Below, one piece after another: positions 48,619-62,250 of a stretch of DNA of 64,000 nucleotides. The DNA is from Octopus vulgaris (Eukaryota). The position numbers and the translations under genes were made by a program. A model generated the notes under the pieces. That model had not been told where the DNA came from. It did no database searches and saw nothing but the letters and a program-made list of their open reading frames with translations. Each line of letters begins with the position of its first letter. Position 1 is the first letter of the stretch. Location of the stretch: NCBI GenBank assembly GCA_951406725.2, contig OX597814.1:56916001-56980000 (forward strand). Reading direction: 5' to 3'.

Positions 48619-48655
<37 letters not shown>

Positions 48656-48656
48656 C

Positions 48657-49881
48657 CTAGCTGATGTACTCGGTAATTCCCGGAAAAGCGGGGCTTATCT
48701 TTTGTTCCGTTCTCATAATTGTTTCGTTAATCCAATAACAATAATAGAAAGTATGTAGCCCTTAAAACAGTTTTTGTGCATTTACAGAGAATACCATACT
48801 GTCTTACACAGGATCTTGTTTTTAGGAATTTCTAAATTGTAAAGACAGTTATGCAATAACATGAAATTAATTACCCAATCATAAGAATTCAAATAAAGTA
48901 GCTCCGGAAAGGGCTTTAATGCGTTCCCAGTGTATATAGAAATTAGGAGGAAATACTAATAAGGTATGTATACTAAAATCGTGAAGCATGTTACGTAATA
49001 ATAGGCTAATCAGATATGAGATAATAACAATTCAAAGTAAATAACTGTGAAAAGGGCTTTTGTGCATTCGCAGAGAATATTGCTCTTAGCTGCGCTAGTG
49101 TTGGTATATTCGTGAATAAGTCACTAACCGAAATATGTGGAACTATTGTTTAGGAAAGGGCTATTTACTTGTTTAAGGGTTGTACAGGATAAGCTGCGAA
49201 AATAACTCTAGCTCTTCAAATACTAAGAAATAAGCATACTCAATTTGATTTATACCAAATGATTAAGGAAAATGAATGGGTTATTTCTCTTAGCTGTTAA
49301 AATCTGGGAGAATGGGTTATTTCCCTTGGCTCTTAAAATGAAATAAATTAGATATATATAAGGATCCCTTCCAGGGACTCTGTTATCGACTTTTTCAACA
49401 ATCTGAGTATACCACGAGGTTTCCAGATATGAGTTCTACTCACGTGTCAAGTTTCATCAAAATCGATAAAACGATGTAGGGAGAGTTAGCGAGCAACTCC
49501 ACATACACACTCACAGACAGAATTTCCTTCATATGTAGCAGATATATACATATATATATAAATATATATATGTTTGGATTAACTAGATATATATGTATAT
49601 ATATATATACATAGTGAAAGTATTATCACATATTACAATAGAGATGTTATTGCTTCACTATTGACACGTAATGCTGAAATAGTGTAAGAGATAAAAGATT
49701 TCTCCGGGCTCGCATTAGGCAAGAAGTTGAAATTGTTTATGGCCCATGACACTGCATGGACCCTAAGTAAGGCATGTATAAAACTTGAATGAAATCGATT
49801 GGGTACTTCTCGAGTTTTAGTGATGCACCCTTACAGAAACACAGACAGACAGACACACATTCTCAGTTTTATATTTATAGA
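48657..49881 (-). mobile_element. Non-autonomous Helitron-like relic(s)
   Basis: CTAG plus a hairpin at 48657-48685; AAGTTTCATCAAAATCG...ACAGACAG motifs; TTTTATATTTATAGAT end (5'-TC on the minus strand). Confidence 0.5.
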
Positions 49882-49927
49882 TTCCCTTTACAGTTAGTCG
49901 ATGTGTGTATACACTTATGGGATACCT

Positions 49928-49973
<46 letters not shown>

Positions 49974-52061
49974 CACAACATAATATGTTACATATATATA
50001 TGTATGTATATTTACACACACAAATATATGTACAGATATATACATATTTATCTATCTATTTGTGTGTATGTATGTATGTAATATTAAGCTGTAATATGTG
50101 ACTGAAGAGTCAAGAGTTTCGTGTACGTCACCTATGTTTTGTAAGTGACACAAGGAAACTGTATGCCTATGAGTAAGTTATGCCACTTTACACCTAAATA
50201 ATGAAATATACATGCTTCACTTCTGAGTATTAAGTTCTATTTCTCCCACCTATACGCCTAAACCTGTATATGCATGCGTGCACGTGTGTGTATATAAGGT
50301 GGGCCGTCTTTTACCAGTGTACTCGGGAAAGCTGGCTCAGCGTGTTGTAGTTTCTGATGCGTAGACCTTTCCTTTCGAGGAGATGGGTGCGATTTGAGGG
50401 AATTTAGTTGTTATTTCTAGTAAATCGGTCGATCGTATTGGTTTATAATGCTCCATTACCACCAACAAACAAGGTTTCCGGTAAGCAAGTACTTGTATTG
50501 TTTGGCTACAGAAGTAATTAAACAATGCAAGCTCTCGTTTGGCTGCCGAAGTCAAATTCATTACAGTTTTTAATTAGTGATTCTCAATGAGAAATGTGTG
50601 GTTGATTAATTGATAGTATAATTCATACTATCAGAGATTATATATTTGTTGAGGTAATTGTTGTTTTTCATCTCAATAAGTGGGGACCGATGGATCCACA
50701 GTTCATCTTCCCACTAACGTAATCTTCAACACGTGCCCGAAGCAATTAACTCTCATCTGGGATACACGATGTAACTCTGTGTCCTGTATGTCACGTAATA
50801 CACGGGGCATATTTCTCAGGCGTCCATGTAACATTCGAAATTATCATTTCAACCATCAGAATAACTTGTGACTTATGAAATGAAAGCTTTATATCACCCC
50901 GAAGGTATGAAGCAAGATCACTCTAAAAATCTGAAAACAAGCGTGGACATTTAGAATAAACTTATGGAATACCTGGATAGGCGAAGGGTTATGCGGCAAA
51001 TATATTAGTTAGAACCCGCCGCTATAAGCTACTGGAGAATTCTCTAAAGGGCAATTGTTGGAAGGGTTCCTTTAGCTAGCTCTATATGTTCTTCGTGAAG
51101 GCGAACCCCATCGGAAATTGGAAGTCACCCATTGAAATATTGGTGTTTATATATCCCCGCATGAATAGAAATGACCTTAGTGGATTACGCAATGAAAGTT
51201 TAAAAGGAAGAACATAATACATAAATACATTAAGTTATCTATAAATCTCACAGAGAAGGGATCACATCTTACACCATTTAGTTTAGACTTTAAGATTTTA
51301 GTTCAAATCCTTCTTGGATCGTGAAGCAGTTAACTAATCTAGCAAGCTGGTTTTGATTTTGGCTTAAGCGGTTTAACATCACCTAGGCTGGTAGTAGTGT
51401 TGTGTAAAGCATAAAATGTATCCTGTCTCCACTTCCCTTTTTTTTTTTGAAAGATAGGAAATGATCGCATTTATTACATAAATTTATTGGTAGTTTCGAA
51501 AGCAGGATAAACATTGCACCTCGACAAGTAGTTTAAATTGCCAGACATAGGACAATCTATATTACTGAAATCATGTATTACAAATAATAGTTTTCTTTTT
51601 AGAACGTAGCAGCTTTCGGTAAATATTTACCATTATAGTAGACATTGTGTTGCGCATTGTTTTAACAATTTCATTCGTACTCTGATGTGTTCATAAGTTA
51701 CACCCAGCTTAGAATGTTGTAATGATAGTAATAATTGGCTTAGTCGACCAGTTTTACTTTGCGCTTGTATTTTACCACCCCTTGTTCACATAATTAAGTA
51801 AGCTAGCCTGAAGTGATTTTTTTCTTATATCTGATATAGCCAAATACTAACTTACATGACACTGAAACTAGTTCAGATTAGCTTGGTATTTCAATGCACA
51901 AGTCATAGTATTAATATTAGCATTAGTAATTCAAAGACAAAAGAGAAAAAACGAAATAGTTTTTATTAAAGCCTAAACTACCATAACAATCTGGGTGTAG
52001 CGTAACTATTTGCTTATATAAAGTTCTTTTTGGTTTTGATACTAGAAAGGATTGTGAGATA

Positions 52062-52153
52062 TCTTCTTCTTCTTCTTCTTCTTCTTCTTCTTCTTCTTCT
52101 TCTTCTTCTTCTTCTTCTTCTTCTTCTTCTTCTTCTTCTTCTTCTTCTTCTTC
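52062..52153. repeat. (TTC)n microsatellite
   Basis: Direct reading. Confidence 0.97.
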
Positions 52154-52155
52154 TT

Positions 52156-53625
52156 TCACTGTTGTGGTTTCACTCAGTTGTGTTATATTTATTGTCTTAT
52201 ATGTGCAGAGCCTAGTAATGCTATTCTCTTACTCTTTGCATATTTGTAAATCTTGGTGCTTCGGTTATCTATTTTTCTGTGCCTTTTCTCTTTTATCATA
52301 GTTCACCTTTTATTATAGGAATTATTTCGATTTTCAGATCCCACAAGCGAGTTTTCTCTATTTCCAGATCTTCGTGATTGGTTAAATTCTCCATTTCTTT
52401 GACTTATATATATTATCATCTGTCGTGACTGATACATTGATTGGAATGCACTTTTTCCTTGGAAGTTTTTGACAACAATATCAAGTCTTGGTAACTTCCG
52501 GCCTTCTCATACTCCGTCTTTACAATGTTCTTAATTGCAGACACTACTACGTCAATGAAGATCCATTCTTTGATCGCGCTCCGTAGAAGAGTGATATCTG
52601 GGCCAATATATTACAGCTTCATATTTTTGCAGACTCATACCCCATCCCACGTAAGTTTCACTCGATCATTCTCTCGACTGGCAAGGGTTGGTATTTGTAC
52701 CACTTGTTAGTACACTGTAACCTGCACCTTCGCTGTGCAACTTTGTGATGTCATTTTACTGTTCCCTCTTTTGAACCAGTTTTGAGCATTCCCAGGCTAC
52801 ATGTCTGATTGCTTCAGATGCGTTTTCACACAATCTACACAGAGGGGTTTCCACAGTCTTATCAAATTCTATATTTGAGTATGCAAGTTCGCAAAACTTA
52901 TTCTTGAGCAGCAAAGATAAAGTTCTGTTTTCTTTCTTTAAAAATCCATGTTTTAGCCATTTCTAAGACATTTCTAAGATTCTGCACCATTTCCATCTGA
53001 TAATTATTGGATAAACTCTTCGTACAGGACTTTATTTTTCTAGTTGTTGATTTTTGCCTGATAAGTTCTCTTTTTGTACTTCTGGAAGACCTATTCATTA
53101 TAACCAAACACCTTCTCTCTCAGTGCGGCTTGCAAAATCCGTTCATCACCCTCCATAAGATCGGCATGTAATGATTTGCTCTCCTTTCTCACACTCTCCT
53201 CTATTGCAATCAATCTTTTTCCTCTTTCTTTCCTTGATCGATAAAGCCTTGCTAAATTCCTTCTCGTATGAAGGTATGCATGCATGGCCATTATCTTTCT
53301 TGTTCTATACATGTTGATTAGTTTCTCTTTTGTCTATTCCACAACTACCATAGCGTTGCGGATCATACCCATAGCCCAGGCATTAATGCCACTGATCAGG
53401 TTACCTCCATTCATTTTGGATCTACACAGCTCTTGTAATGTCTCAAATGTGATATTGTCCCTCTTCCTGGTGTTCATCGTCTAGTCTAACTCTAAAATGC
53501 TAAGGCGCTTATATTCTTCTTTGTTCGCTTTTCAAATATACTTCTTGTGCGGAAATTCTACTTCATTGCTGTCTACGTTTCACCTTCTCTTCATTTCTTG
53601 GGCAGAGTACTTATCTATATCAAAT
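52156..53625 (-). pseudogene. Old R4/Dong-clade relic(s)
   Basis: LARLYRSRKERGKRLI (compare IERLYIQRIEGGRGLI), FIFAAQE, CRLC, IALLGSAHI terminus. Confidence 0.7.
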
Positions 53626-54529
53626 GACATTCAAATATCTCTTGAGAAAATTCTTCTTGAAAACTAAGATTTACGCAAATAATAAAAATAAACAGCAAAA
53701 ATGGAAAGGAGTTTCCTTGAAGGATTGCTCTCCCAATGTTAACCTGTCCAAAATCAGTCCCTCCTACTGTCAAAACCGTCTTTCAGTTCTTTATACCGTT
53801 GTTTATTAAACGATATATTCTTGGCTGTCCCAGGCATTTCAGGATCCATAAGTGAAGCAAAATATTATATGACTTCTTTTATTCAGTCCAGCCCATCGAC
53901 AAAATATGTCAATCTTTTCCAGCAGTTCTTTCAGATTATCATATCTACAGCAACCGATCCTTTGTTCCTCGTGATCCCTTCCTGAAGTTCTGTCCATTTG
54001 CTGGCAGTCCATTTCTTTCAAGGTGTTCATACAGTTTTTCCCAAAATTAATTTTCTCAACTCGCGCATTATACACGAAAACATATTTATATTGTAACATA
54101 TGAAAGCACCTATTTAAATCAACTACATAGAATTTGCCAAACGAACAAAAGAAGCCTTTATTAATGAGCAAAAGCGTTGTTTTGGGCGGTGCAAATGAAA
54201 CTATAGGATTTTTTTTCTAGTTTTGCTACCAACGAGACACTCAGCGTGAGTAACCCAGAAGAGATTTACGTGGTAGAGATGTGTGACAAAAACGAGAAAA
54301 AAAAACAAACTAAACTCCTCATCTGAGGGCTGAGGTCGAAGAAAGAAGACGGTTAGATATCTCTGCATCTCCAAATATACGCTTTCATCTCTTCGGTATC
54401 GATTTAAATAAACACAAAGCATATACTAAGAATGATTCATGTTTAGCCAATTATATATTTGTGGTTCCACGCAAATATAAGGAAATAATGATTATCATGT
54501 TGTGGTGTGGATGTTGTGGTGCAAAAGGT

Positions 54530-54824
54530 TGTTTGTTCCTTCTCGAGCCACGCTTGGCTCATAGGGCCGGTTTCCCGGTTTCCTTGGCGTACAGGTTTCC
54601 CACCTGGACGGAACTCCGGTCCGTCGCAGGTGAGCTGCAAGATGCAGGAGTGAGAGAAAGTTGTGGCGAAAGAGTCAGCAGAAGTTCGCCTGTACCCTCT
54701 GCCGGAGTCGCGTGGAGCTTAAGTGTTTCGCTCATAAACACACGCATCGCCCGGTCTGAGATTCGAGCGCGCGATCCCTCGACCTCGAGTCCGCTGCTCT
54801 AACCACTAGGCCACGTGCCTCCAC
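54530..54824 (-). mobile_element. SINE family B with 13-bp TSD
   Basis: TSD TGGTGCAAAAGGT at 54517-54529 and 54825-54837; tRNA-like head. Confidence 0.88.
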
Positions 54825-55699
54825 TGGTGCAAAAGGTAATCGTTCGAAAATATATCGCCCCGGTAGAAACCATTCCATGGCTATTGTAACAGGAAAGTAA
54901 AATAGGAAAATACAGAATAACACTTTCAAAATACAAGGCGTTTGTACTGAGTTAAAAAGAAAGTAATATATTTATTTTGTAGAGTGAATAATTTATTGCT
55001 AAGGATTTGGATTTAGTATATCTCATTTCATCACTCAGTATTCCGTCTCCTTGATTTTGACTATCAACCATTAAAAGTCAAAGAAAAATATCTATACTAC
55101 TTGTTAATTAGTTAGGAGTATGTAACATTTTAAAAAAGAAAGTAATTATTAAAATCTATATTGTATAGAAAATTCTTTGAAATTCTACATTTAAAATTTT
55201 TATTTTTATCAAAATGTGGCTTTTCAAGCTACTTTTATTATTAAAGATTTCAACAACATGATTCATTCAGAAAAAAAAGAACTATTTTAATTCGTTGCGA
55301 TATAGCACTTTTTTTAACGTCTCTATACTTATTCTTGAAATATAAAGGTTGCCCAAATATTTCCAGTGATACTTTTTACGAATATATCAGTAAAAACATT
55401 TCACCAAATTATAAGTTTAGCATCATCAAAATTATGCTGATTCCGGTTTTATTTTATATGTGTTGGATGGTTTCGAAGAAACAGAAAGCTGAAGAAAAAC
55501 TGTGGTTTTAATTTAATTATGTCAATTGTACCGAATACAAAGAGGAATCAGAAGTTATCTACACTTTTGCCAAAACTTTCTTAAGATTGGCCACACTGCT
55601 TTTAGTGCCCCCTACACCACACTAAAAGGCGGTGCTCTTGTGGTTATGTAACTGAGGTTTGACCTTGATCACTTCAGTTTTCTTCCTTGTGTAACAGAG

Positions 55700-56510
55700 T
55701 AAACATGGCCTCTCCATTGGTCGTTTGCACCAAAGAAGATCCCATTTCTCTGGTCTGAAGGTGTGTAGGGGCTAAAATTCACAGCACACTTTCAGCATAA
55801 TGCGGGGATAAAAGTGTGTTTGAGTGACTGGAGAAGTTTAAAAATTGTTGGACAAGCGTGAAGCACGCCTATCAACTTCCATCACTGACGTGAAGATTCA
55901 ACAAGCCCCATAGCTGGTTCTGGCGAACCGATGAATGATTATCGATGAAGTGGCATGTTCTCCGCAAATTAATCACGGTTCTGCATACAAAATTATCCAC
56001 AATGTCTGTTCAAGATGGGCTCCTAGAAAGCTTACCGACGCGCATATGCGCAATCGTGTGGAGATCTGTCAACGCTTATTCGACCGATACAACGATGAAG
56101 GCGAAGGTTTTCTGTGGGGGAATAGTCACGAGAGATGAGACCTGGGTCTATCATTCTGTACCAGAATAAAAAAAGGCAGAGTAAGGAGTGGAAACACCCC
56201 GAATCACCAGTGAAAAAGAAATTCAAGTCTCAACTTTCTGCAGAAGAAGCGATTCTAACCGTTTTAGCGTATTCGAAAGGGCCTATACTAGAACATTACA
56301 TGGAAAAGGGATCTGCAGTCATCGATGTAGGTCACACTGAAATGTTGGCCAACAAACCAGCAATTCGTATCAAAGGTGGAGGTCTAATGTCAGAGCAAGT
56401 GTTATTATTGCATGACAATGAACGCCAACATACAGTTGCCTACATCATAGAAACCTTCGAAAAACTAGGTTTCGAGTTGCTGAAACACCCTGCTATCATC
56501 TCTTGATCTC
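55700..56510 (+). pseudogene. Degenerate mariner transposase
   Basis: CSRWAPRKL (WVPR), TRDETWVYH, KRQSKEW, LLLHDN, LKHP. Confidence 0.85.
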
Positions 56511-58589
56511 AACTATAACATGAAATCTGTTTTATATTTCCGATAGTTAATTCCTTTGCTGAAATCTTACTACAATAACTGTTCGTGTTACTGTAGTAAC
56601 ACGATAAAAAAAAAATTCCTATCTCTGTACGTCTGTAATTGTGTATTTATACAGGTTATTATCACTAACACACACACACATACACACACACATATTTACA
56701 AACATATTCAGTGTATATATATACTGAAACAAAGCAAGTTGCAATCCGTTTGATCTTAATGAAAACTATCACTATTTATAGTCCAAGTATTAATTATTTA
56801 CGTAGCCTCGCAACAGTTTTATTCACCGTAAACCTGTTCAGGCGTTTTGTTAGAACAATAAGTTGTTTTGGTTTCTATCTTGATTGCTTCTATTTTAAAG
56901 ATAATAACATAGGAATCGTTGACAGCATACATTGTGGGTTATTGTTAGGTTGTGAAGGTAGGCAAGTCCTGCACTATGTTTACACAAACACACACACATA
57001 CACACACACACACACATCCATATACACACATACATACACACACACATACATACACACACATACATACACACATGCAGACATACGCATGGATGGAAACATA
57101 AACACACAAACGTTTAACACACATCTTGATGAAATCCTCACCGAAAGCATTAAAGCAAAATTGCACCTGTTCTCCACTGAGAACGGAATTTGAAAATTAT
57201 CGTTGAAATTGCCTATTGTTTGTTTTGGCTCATTGAACACGCTGGTTAGTCATATATAAATACCAAACATCATACATGTATATGAGTTTCGACACAGCTC
57301 CACAACTTCTTTAATTGCTTGTAAATATTCCCTTCCAAACACATAATCACACTACGTACTTTAAACTTTCCTTCGTATCTTGATGTTCCGAGATCAAATT
57401 CGACATAAGACGACTTCGCGTTTTTAACTTAGTATATTGAAAATAAGTACATTAAAGGAAAGGAGACATTAGATGATATTGTCCAAGAGACTCCGCCTAA
57501 AACGGGATCATCATGGATGGAAAACCTTTGAACAGAATTCTGTTTGATGACAGTTGCCTGAGGCTGAACAATAATAACCATAGATGTTTTACACTCTAGA
57601 TACATTAAACCACTAATTGTATACAACAAAGTTGGCCCACAACTAAGATTAACTCACATCACTGATGGTTTGCTTCACAGAGAGTCCACATCAAAGATGG
57701 TTTTCTAATAAATATGTCCTTTATTACAGATATGATATTCTATAGACGACTAAAACTGCAACGATTATGCCTCTGTTCTTTTTTATTTGTAGTTATCATG
57801 ATTATTGTACATCCTACTCTTGTATCTATGATCATACATAGATGATGTAGATATTTAGCTGGAGAGAGAGTTTTACTCTGCATTCATGCTTCTTCTCCCA
57901 TTTAGCTTAATTGCTCTGAGGTCTAACAGTGAAACCTGGCAAGGTGAATGACAGGTCACGATGTCATCTTGGAGGGTTGATACTGCCCCACTTAAAAGTG
58001 GTCTGGTCTTCTACTAGTCTTTGAGCTACTTCTTTGATCTTCTAGTTAGGTGAGAACTGCAATATATTTAGTTGTGAAAGACTCAAAGAGGGAATCACGA
58101 CTCAAAACGATTTTAGTTATTTCTTATATTGTCTGGGTTCGATGTCAGTGGTGTTCATTCGACGACGGATTTCCATGTGACTGATCTAATTTTACCAGGA
58201 GACTGAGAAATTTTACATTTATGACTTTCGGTGGGTTTTCGTGTTAGGTTTATGTGGTCGTTTCTCGCATCCATATAGTAGAATGAAAGCAGAAGCACAC
58301 ACATGTGTATGTATGTATGTATGTATGTATGTATGTATGTATGTATGTATGTATGTATGTATGTATGTATGTATGTATGCATGCATGCATGCATGCATGC
58401 ATGTATGTATGTATGTATGTATGTATGTATGTATGTATGTATGTATGTATGTATGTATGTATGTTTGTTTGTTTGTTTGCTTGTTTGTTTGTACGTACGT
58501 ATGTATGTATGCATTCAGGTAGGTAGGTAGGTATGTAGGTAGGTAGGTAGGTAGGTATATACTAGACAACACATGGTATAACTTTAGAG

Positions 58590-58909
58590 CATGTAACTTA
58601 TAATTCAAAGCTAATTGCAGAGTTGTTAGAGTAAATAAGGGATTAATAAGTTATGCATAAAATCTCTTACAGCCGTTTCTAGAATAGCTGTGCATAAGGT
58701 GCATAACTCATTGAGGAAAGATTTCAATACAAAAGCCAACGATGCAGTCTTCAGAGAGGAAGAATTAAGAAATGTCCTTAATAAAGGATATTAGTAGAAC
58801 TTGTAACTACTAACATCTTTTACTAAGGATATTCATTAATTTTATCCTTTATGCATAACTTCTTAATCTCTAACGACTCTGCAATTATGTTTGAATTATA
58901 AATTATATG
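58590..58909. mobile_element. MITE-like element with 60-70-bp inverted ends
   Basis: CATGTAACTTATAATTCAAAGCTAATTGCAGAGTTGTTAGAG...AAGTTATGCATAAA is mirrored at 58848-58909. Confidence 0.65.
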
Positions 58910-59224
58910 CCACATGTTCTGCTTGTTAATTTTTCCTTTTTAATATATACCTACCCGCTCAATAATGAACTACTTATAACCATTTATTGCTAAGATAAAA
59001 ACAATACCACTTTTGTTTTAGTCGCAGTTCAAGTAGGAGCTTTAGTGGTATACCAACCTGAGCTCTTATAATACTTATTACATTAGTTATTAGATGCAAC
59101 TTTAGGTAGGTAGGTAGGTAGGTAGGTAGGTAGGTAGGTAGGTAGCTAGGTAGATAGGTAGGTAGGTAGGTAGGTAGGTAGGTAGGAGGCAGGCAGGTAG
59201 GTAGGTAGGCACTTGCACAATCAC

Positions 59225-59825
59225 TCATCGGAGTGTAGGGAGGATCGACAGGTCATCGGAGTTAAAATATTTTGACTCACTGGTTGCGGAGAAGAAAGTG
59301 GCGTCAGCAAAAGAGATCAACTGTCAAAGCGGGTCTGCGACTTCTGCGTTCCGATTCCTTCGATGGTATGTATGGAAGAAGCACAACATCTTCTTAAGGA
59401 CTAAAATCTTTCTTTTCTGTACGGTGGTTCTACTTGTTCTCCTCTACATCACTGGCACCTGGACCATCCTCAAACAAGATCTGAACAAGATCAAGGTGTC
59501 CCAAATTTCATGTCTTCGTCAGGTCCTTTCTATGCGACCGAGTCTTAAACAACAACATCCGAAAATAATGCCAGCAGCAGCCGATTATCGAAACCAAACC
59601 AGGCAGCGTATGCTACAGTGGTTTAGCCACGTCTGCATGATGAGCATATGAAGACTATCACATCAACTTGAGTGGCCGCAGCGACTAGAGATTCCAGCAC
59701 AGCGTGCCAAAGAAGACAGGGGTGAAACAAATTGAGGAAGACCTGAAGTCGCTGCGCCTCGACCTCAAGCATGTAAAGGTCAGCGCCATGGATCGAAAGC
59801 GTGGAATAACATCATCACTCAAGTC
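59225..59825 (+). pseudogene. RTE-clade LINE C-terminal relic after (TAGG)n
   Basis: EIN...ATSAF..L...VW...TKIFLF..VVL.VLLY..GTW...CLRQVL...LQWFSHV. Confidence 0.7.
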
Positions 59826-61327
59826 AATCACCCAGCAGCAACCAGCAGTGTATTAGTTGAGAGGACATTCTCTCCTCTGGTCGCCAGCTAGGGATTAAAG
59901 AATAATAATAAGGTAGAGAAGTACGTACGTGCATAAATCTATACATACGGAAGAAAGTTCCTGACCTGAACATATACATACTCTCACTTGAATATAGGGA
60001 ATACAATTTAACGCACACACATACACACACACAAACACACATGCACACACACACATACACACATACACTCATATGCACAAATGCATAAACAGTAATGAAG
60101 CACATACACGCGTTTATTAAAATGACATGCATGCCCAGAGGAAAGGAAGTTTATCCACGCACGCACCAACGAACTAAACAGGACCGGTATAAATTTTGCA
60201 TTGGTAAAAGTTTACAACATATAAGCATAAATATGCATAAACTTACCACCCCCACACATAATGTATATGTGCAAGATAATACACACACACAGATACATAC
60301 ACGTATACATATACACATACATTGACGCATACATATATGCATACACACCTACATGCATATATGCATAAAAGTGCGTGCATATATCTGCATAGGTATGCAC
60401 ATACATACATGCGTACGTACGTATATAGATACATACATACATACATATACATATATACATTGTGTATTAGATTCAGATTAGACATAGATAACAAACAATT
60501 CAAGTTTATTTATATGGATATTGTTTTAAGCCGCTATTATTTGTTCTTATTTTCGATTCTGTATTTTCTTTTACTTACCACAGTTAACACCAACCCACCC
60601 CTTTATTTTTATGTCCCCTGAAGGCTAAATACATTTATGAAGAAAAGAACATTTCAACTGTCAGCAAGATTTGTGAATGAAATGAAATTTTAAACTCTAC
60701 ACACCTCAAAAGACATTGTTTATGTTAGAGAAAGCACCATATTTTGTATACCCCATCATAGCCAACAAACAAGAAAAGGCGTGAACGCTGTTTCTGTCAC
60801 GTTTTGTCTATGGATTATTTGTGTGTCATCGACATAATCCCCAAAGGTACTGAAGGTAGGAATAAGGACTTTACTTATTTGCGATTGTGAAGTAAAACAA
60901 GAACAACATTGCTATTTTAATAGTCTGAGATATTTTGATTTTGCTTTTCTTAGCAATTACTTAGTTATTAAGTACGTGTACGAGATCTTTTTAGGATTTC
61001 ATATGTTCAATGAGCTATATGTTATATGAACAGTGAAATCAGTGAAACGGAGAATGAAATGCATTAACAATAAATTGCAACTTTGTTGGTCTAGCCAATG
61101 AGGTAGTCTTTCTGGAGGATAGATTCTTCCTGTGAGTAATAGCAACTAGATTTCTCCAAACTCACTTGATATCTTTAAAAAGTAACTAAAGCGCATATTG
61201 GATAATTTAGTCCTACACGACCAATGTTTGATATACTGGATGGCTGCAATAACCACGATATATCTGTTTAATTGAACATTGTTTAAAATTATTGTAACAG
61301 TGCATACATATAACGTACATACATGCG

Positions 61328-61359
<32 letters not shown>

Positions 61360-61609
61360 TGTATGTATGTATGTATGTATGTATGTATGTATGAATGAAT
61401 GTATATGTACATATATGTATACATATATATGTAGGTAGCAACGTAGTTTCCTTTGTTGCTATGAAAGTTAGTCCCCAGTGGAATATACATAAAATAGTAA
61501 CTACAAAACACTAATTTTTGAAAACTCTTTTTCTATTGGCAATACTAGTCTGTATATATCTGTTCATAGGCATTATATATGCATCGTACTTCATGATAGG
61601 TAAACCAAA

Positions 61610-62159
61610 ATTCCAAACGAAGTTAAAAATCAGAAAAAAGAGCAGAACTTACCTAACTGGCAGGAGAAGGCGTTGCATGTTGGATTCCCAAAGATAGTCG
61701 CAGCAAATAGTAGTAGTGAGACATGGTTACGCTTGCAGAAAGCTGGAAAGGGAGAGAGAATTTGTTAGTAGCAGCACATGATCAAGCATTAACGGCTAAT
61801 TGGATAAACGCCAAGATAGATAAAAACCAAGTAGATTCCCGATGTAAGTTTACCATCTCCTTCGTTTATCCCCAGGTATTTGTAATTTTCCTGTGGGTCA
61901 AGCTCCTTGATGGTATTGTCGGCATCTAATTTAATGGAAACTATTTGCCTGAGCTTGCCTCTTACAAAAGTTGGTTTAGCACACTTGTCAAAGCCAAAGT
62001 CCATCCCGATGTCATTGTTGAATTCTTTAACAGTTGTTAGTAGCCCTACTAGCAAACGGCTTTAGATCGTCCTTATAAAACAGATGGTTTATTGTCGTAT
62101 TGCAAACTTTGAACCCATACCTGGTGTTATTTAGTTCGTTTGAGAGTGGGGACCAATGC

Positions 62160-62160
<1 letters not shown>
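61610..62160. pseudogene. Two R4/Dong fragments joined in opposite orientation near 61850
   Basis: Plus strand: WQEKALH, LLVAAHDQAL, DSRCK. Minus strand: INHLFYKDDLK, GMDFGFDKCAK, YKYLGI. Confidence 0.72.
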
Positions 62161-62234
<74 letters not shown>

Positions 62235-62250
62235 CATTATTATTATTATT
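62160..62250. repeat. (ATT)n microsatellite
   Basis: Direct reading. Confidence 0.97.

Larger units (their letters stand above)
47921..48622 (+). mobile_element. Spacer-less 540-bp palindrome plus unique 3' extension, between two (TA)n arrays
   Basis: 47921-48190 is the reverse complement of 48191-48460 (one mismatch seen); centre TTTAAC|GTTAAA. Confidence 0.92.

Noticed and set aside
53630-54200. 110-aa minus-strand ORF with faint similarity to a LINE endonuclease N-terminus
   Set aside because: Motifs are too degraded to call.
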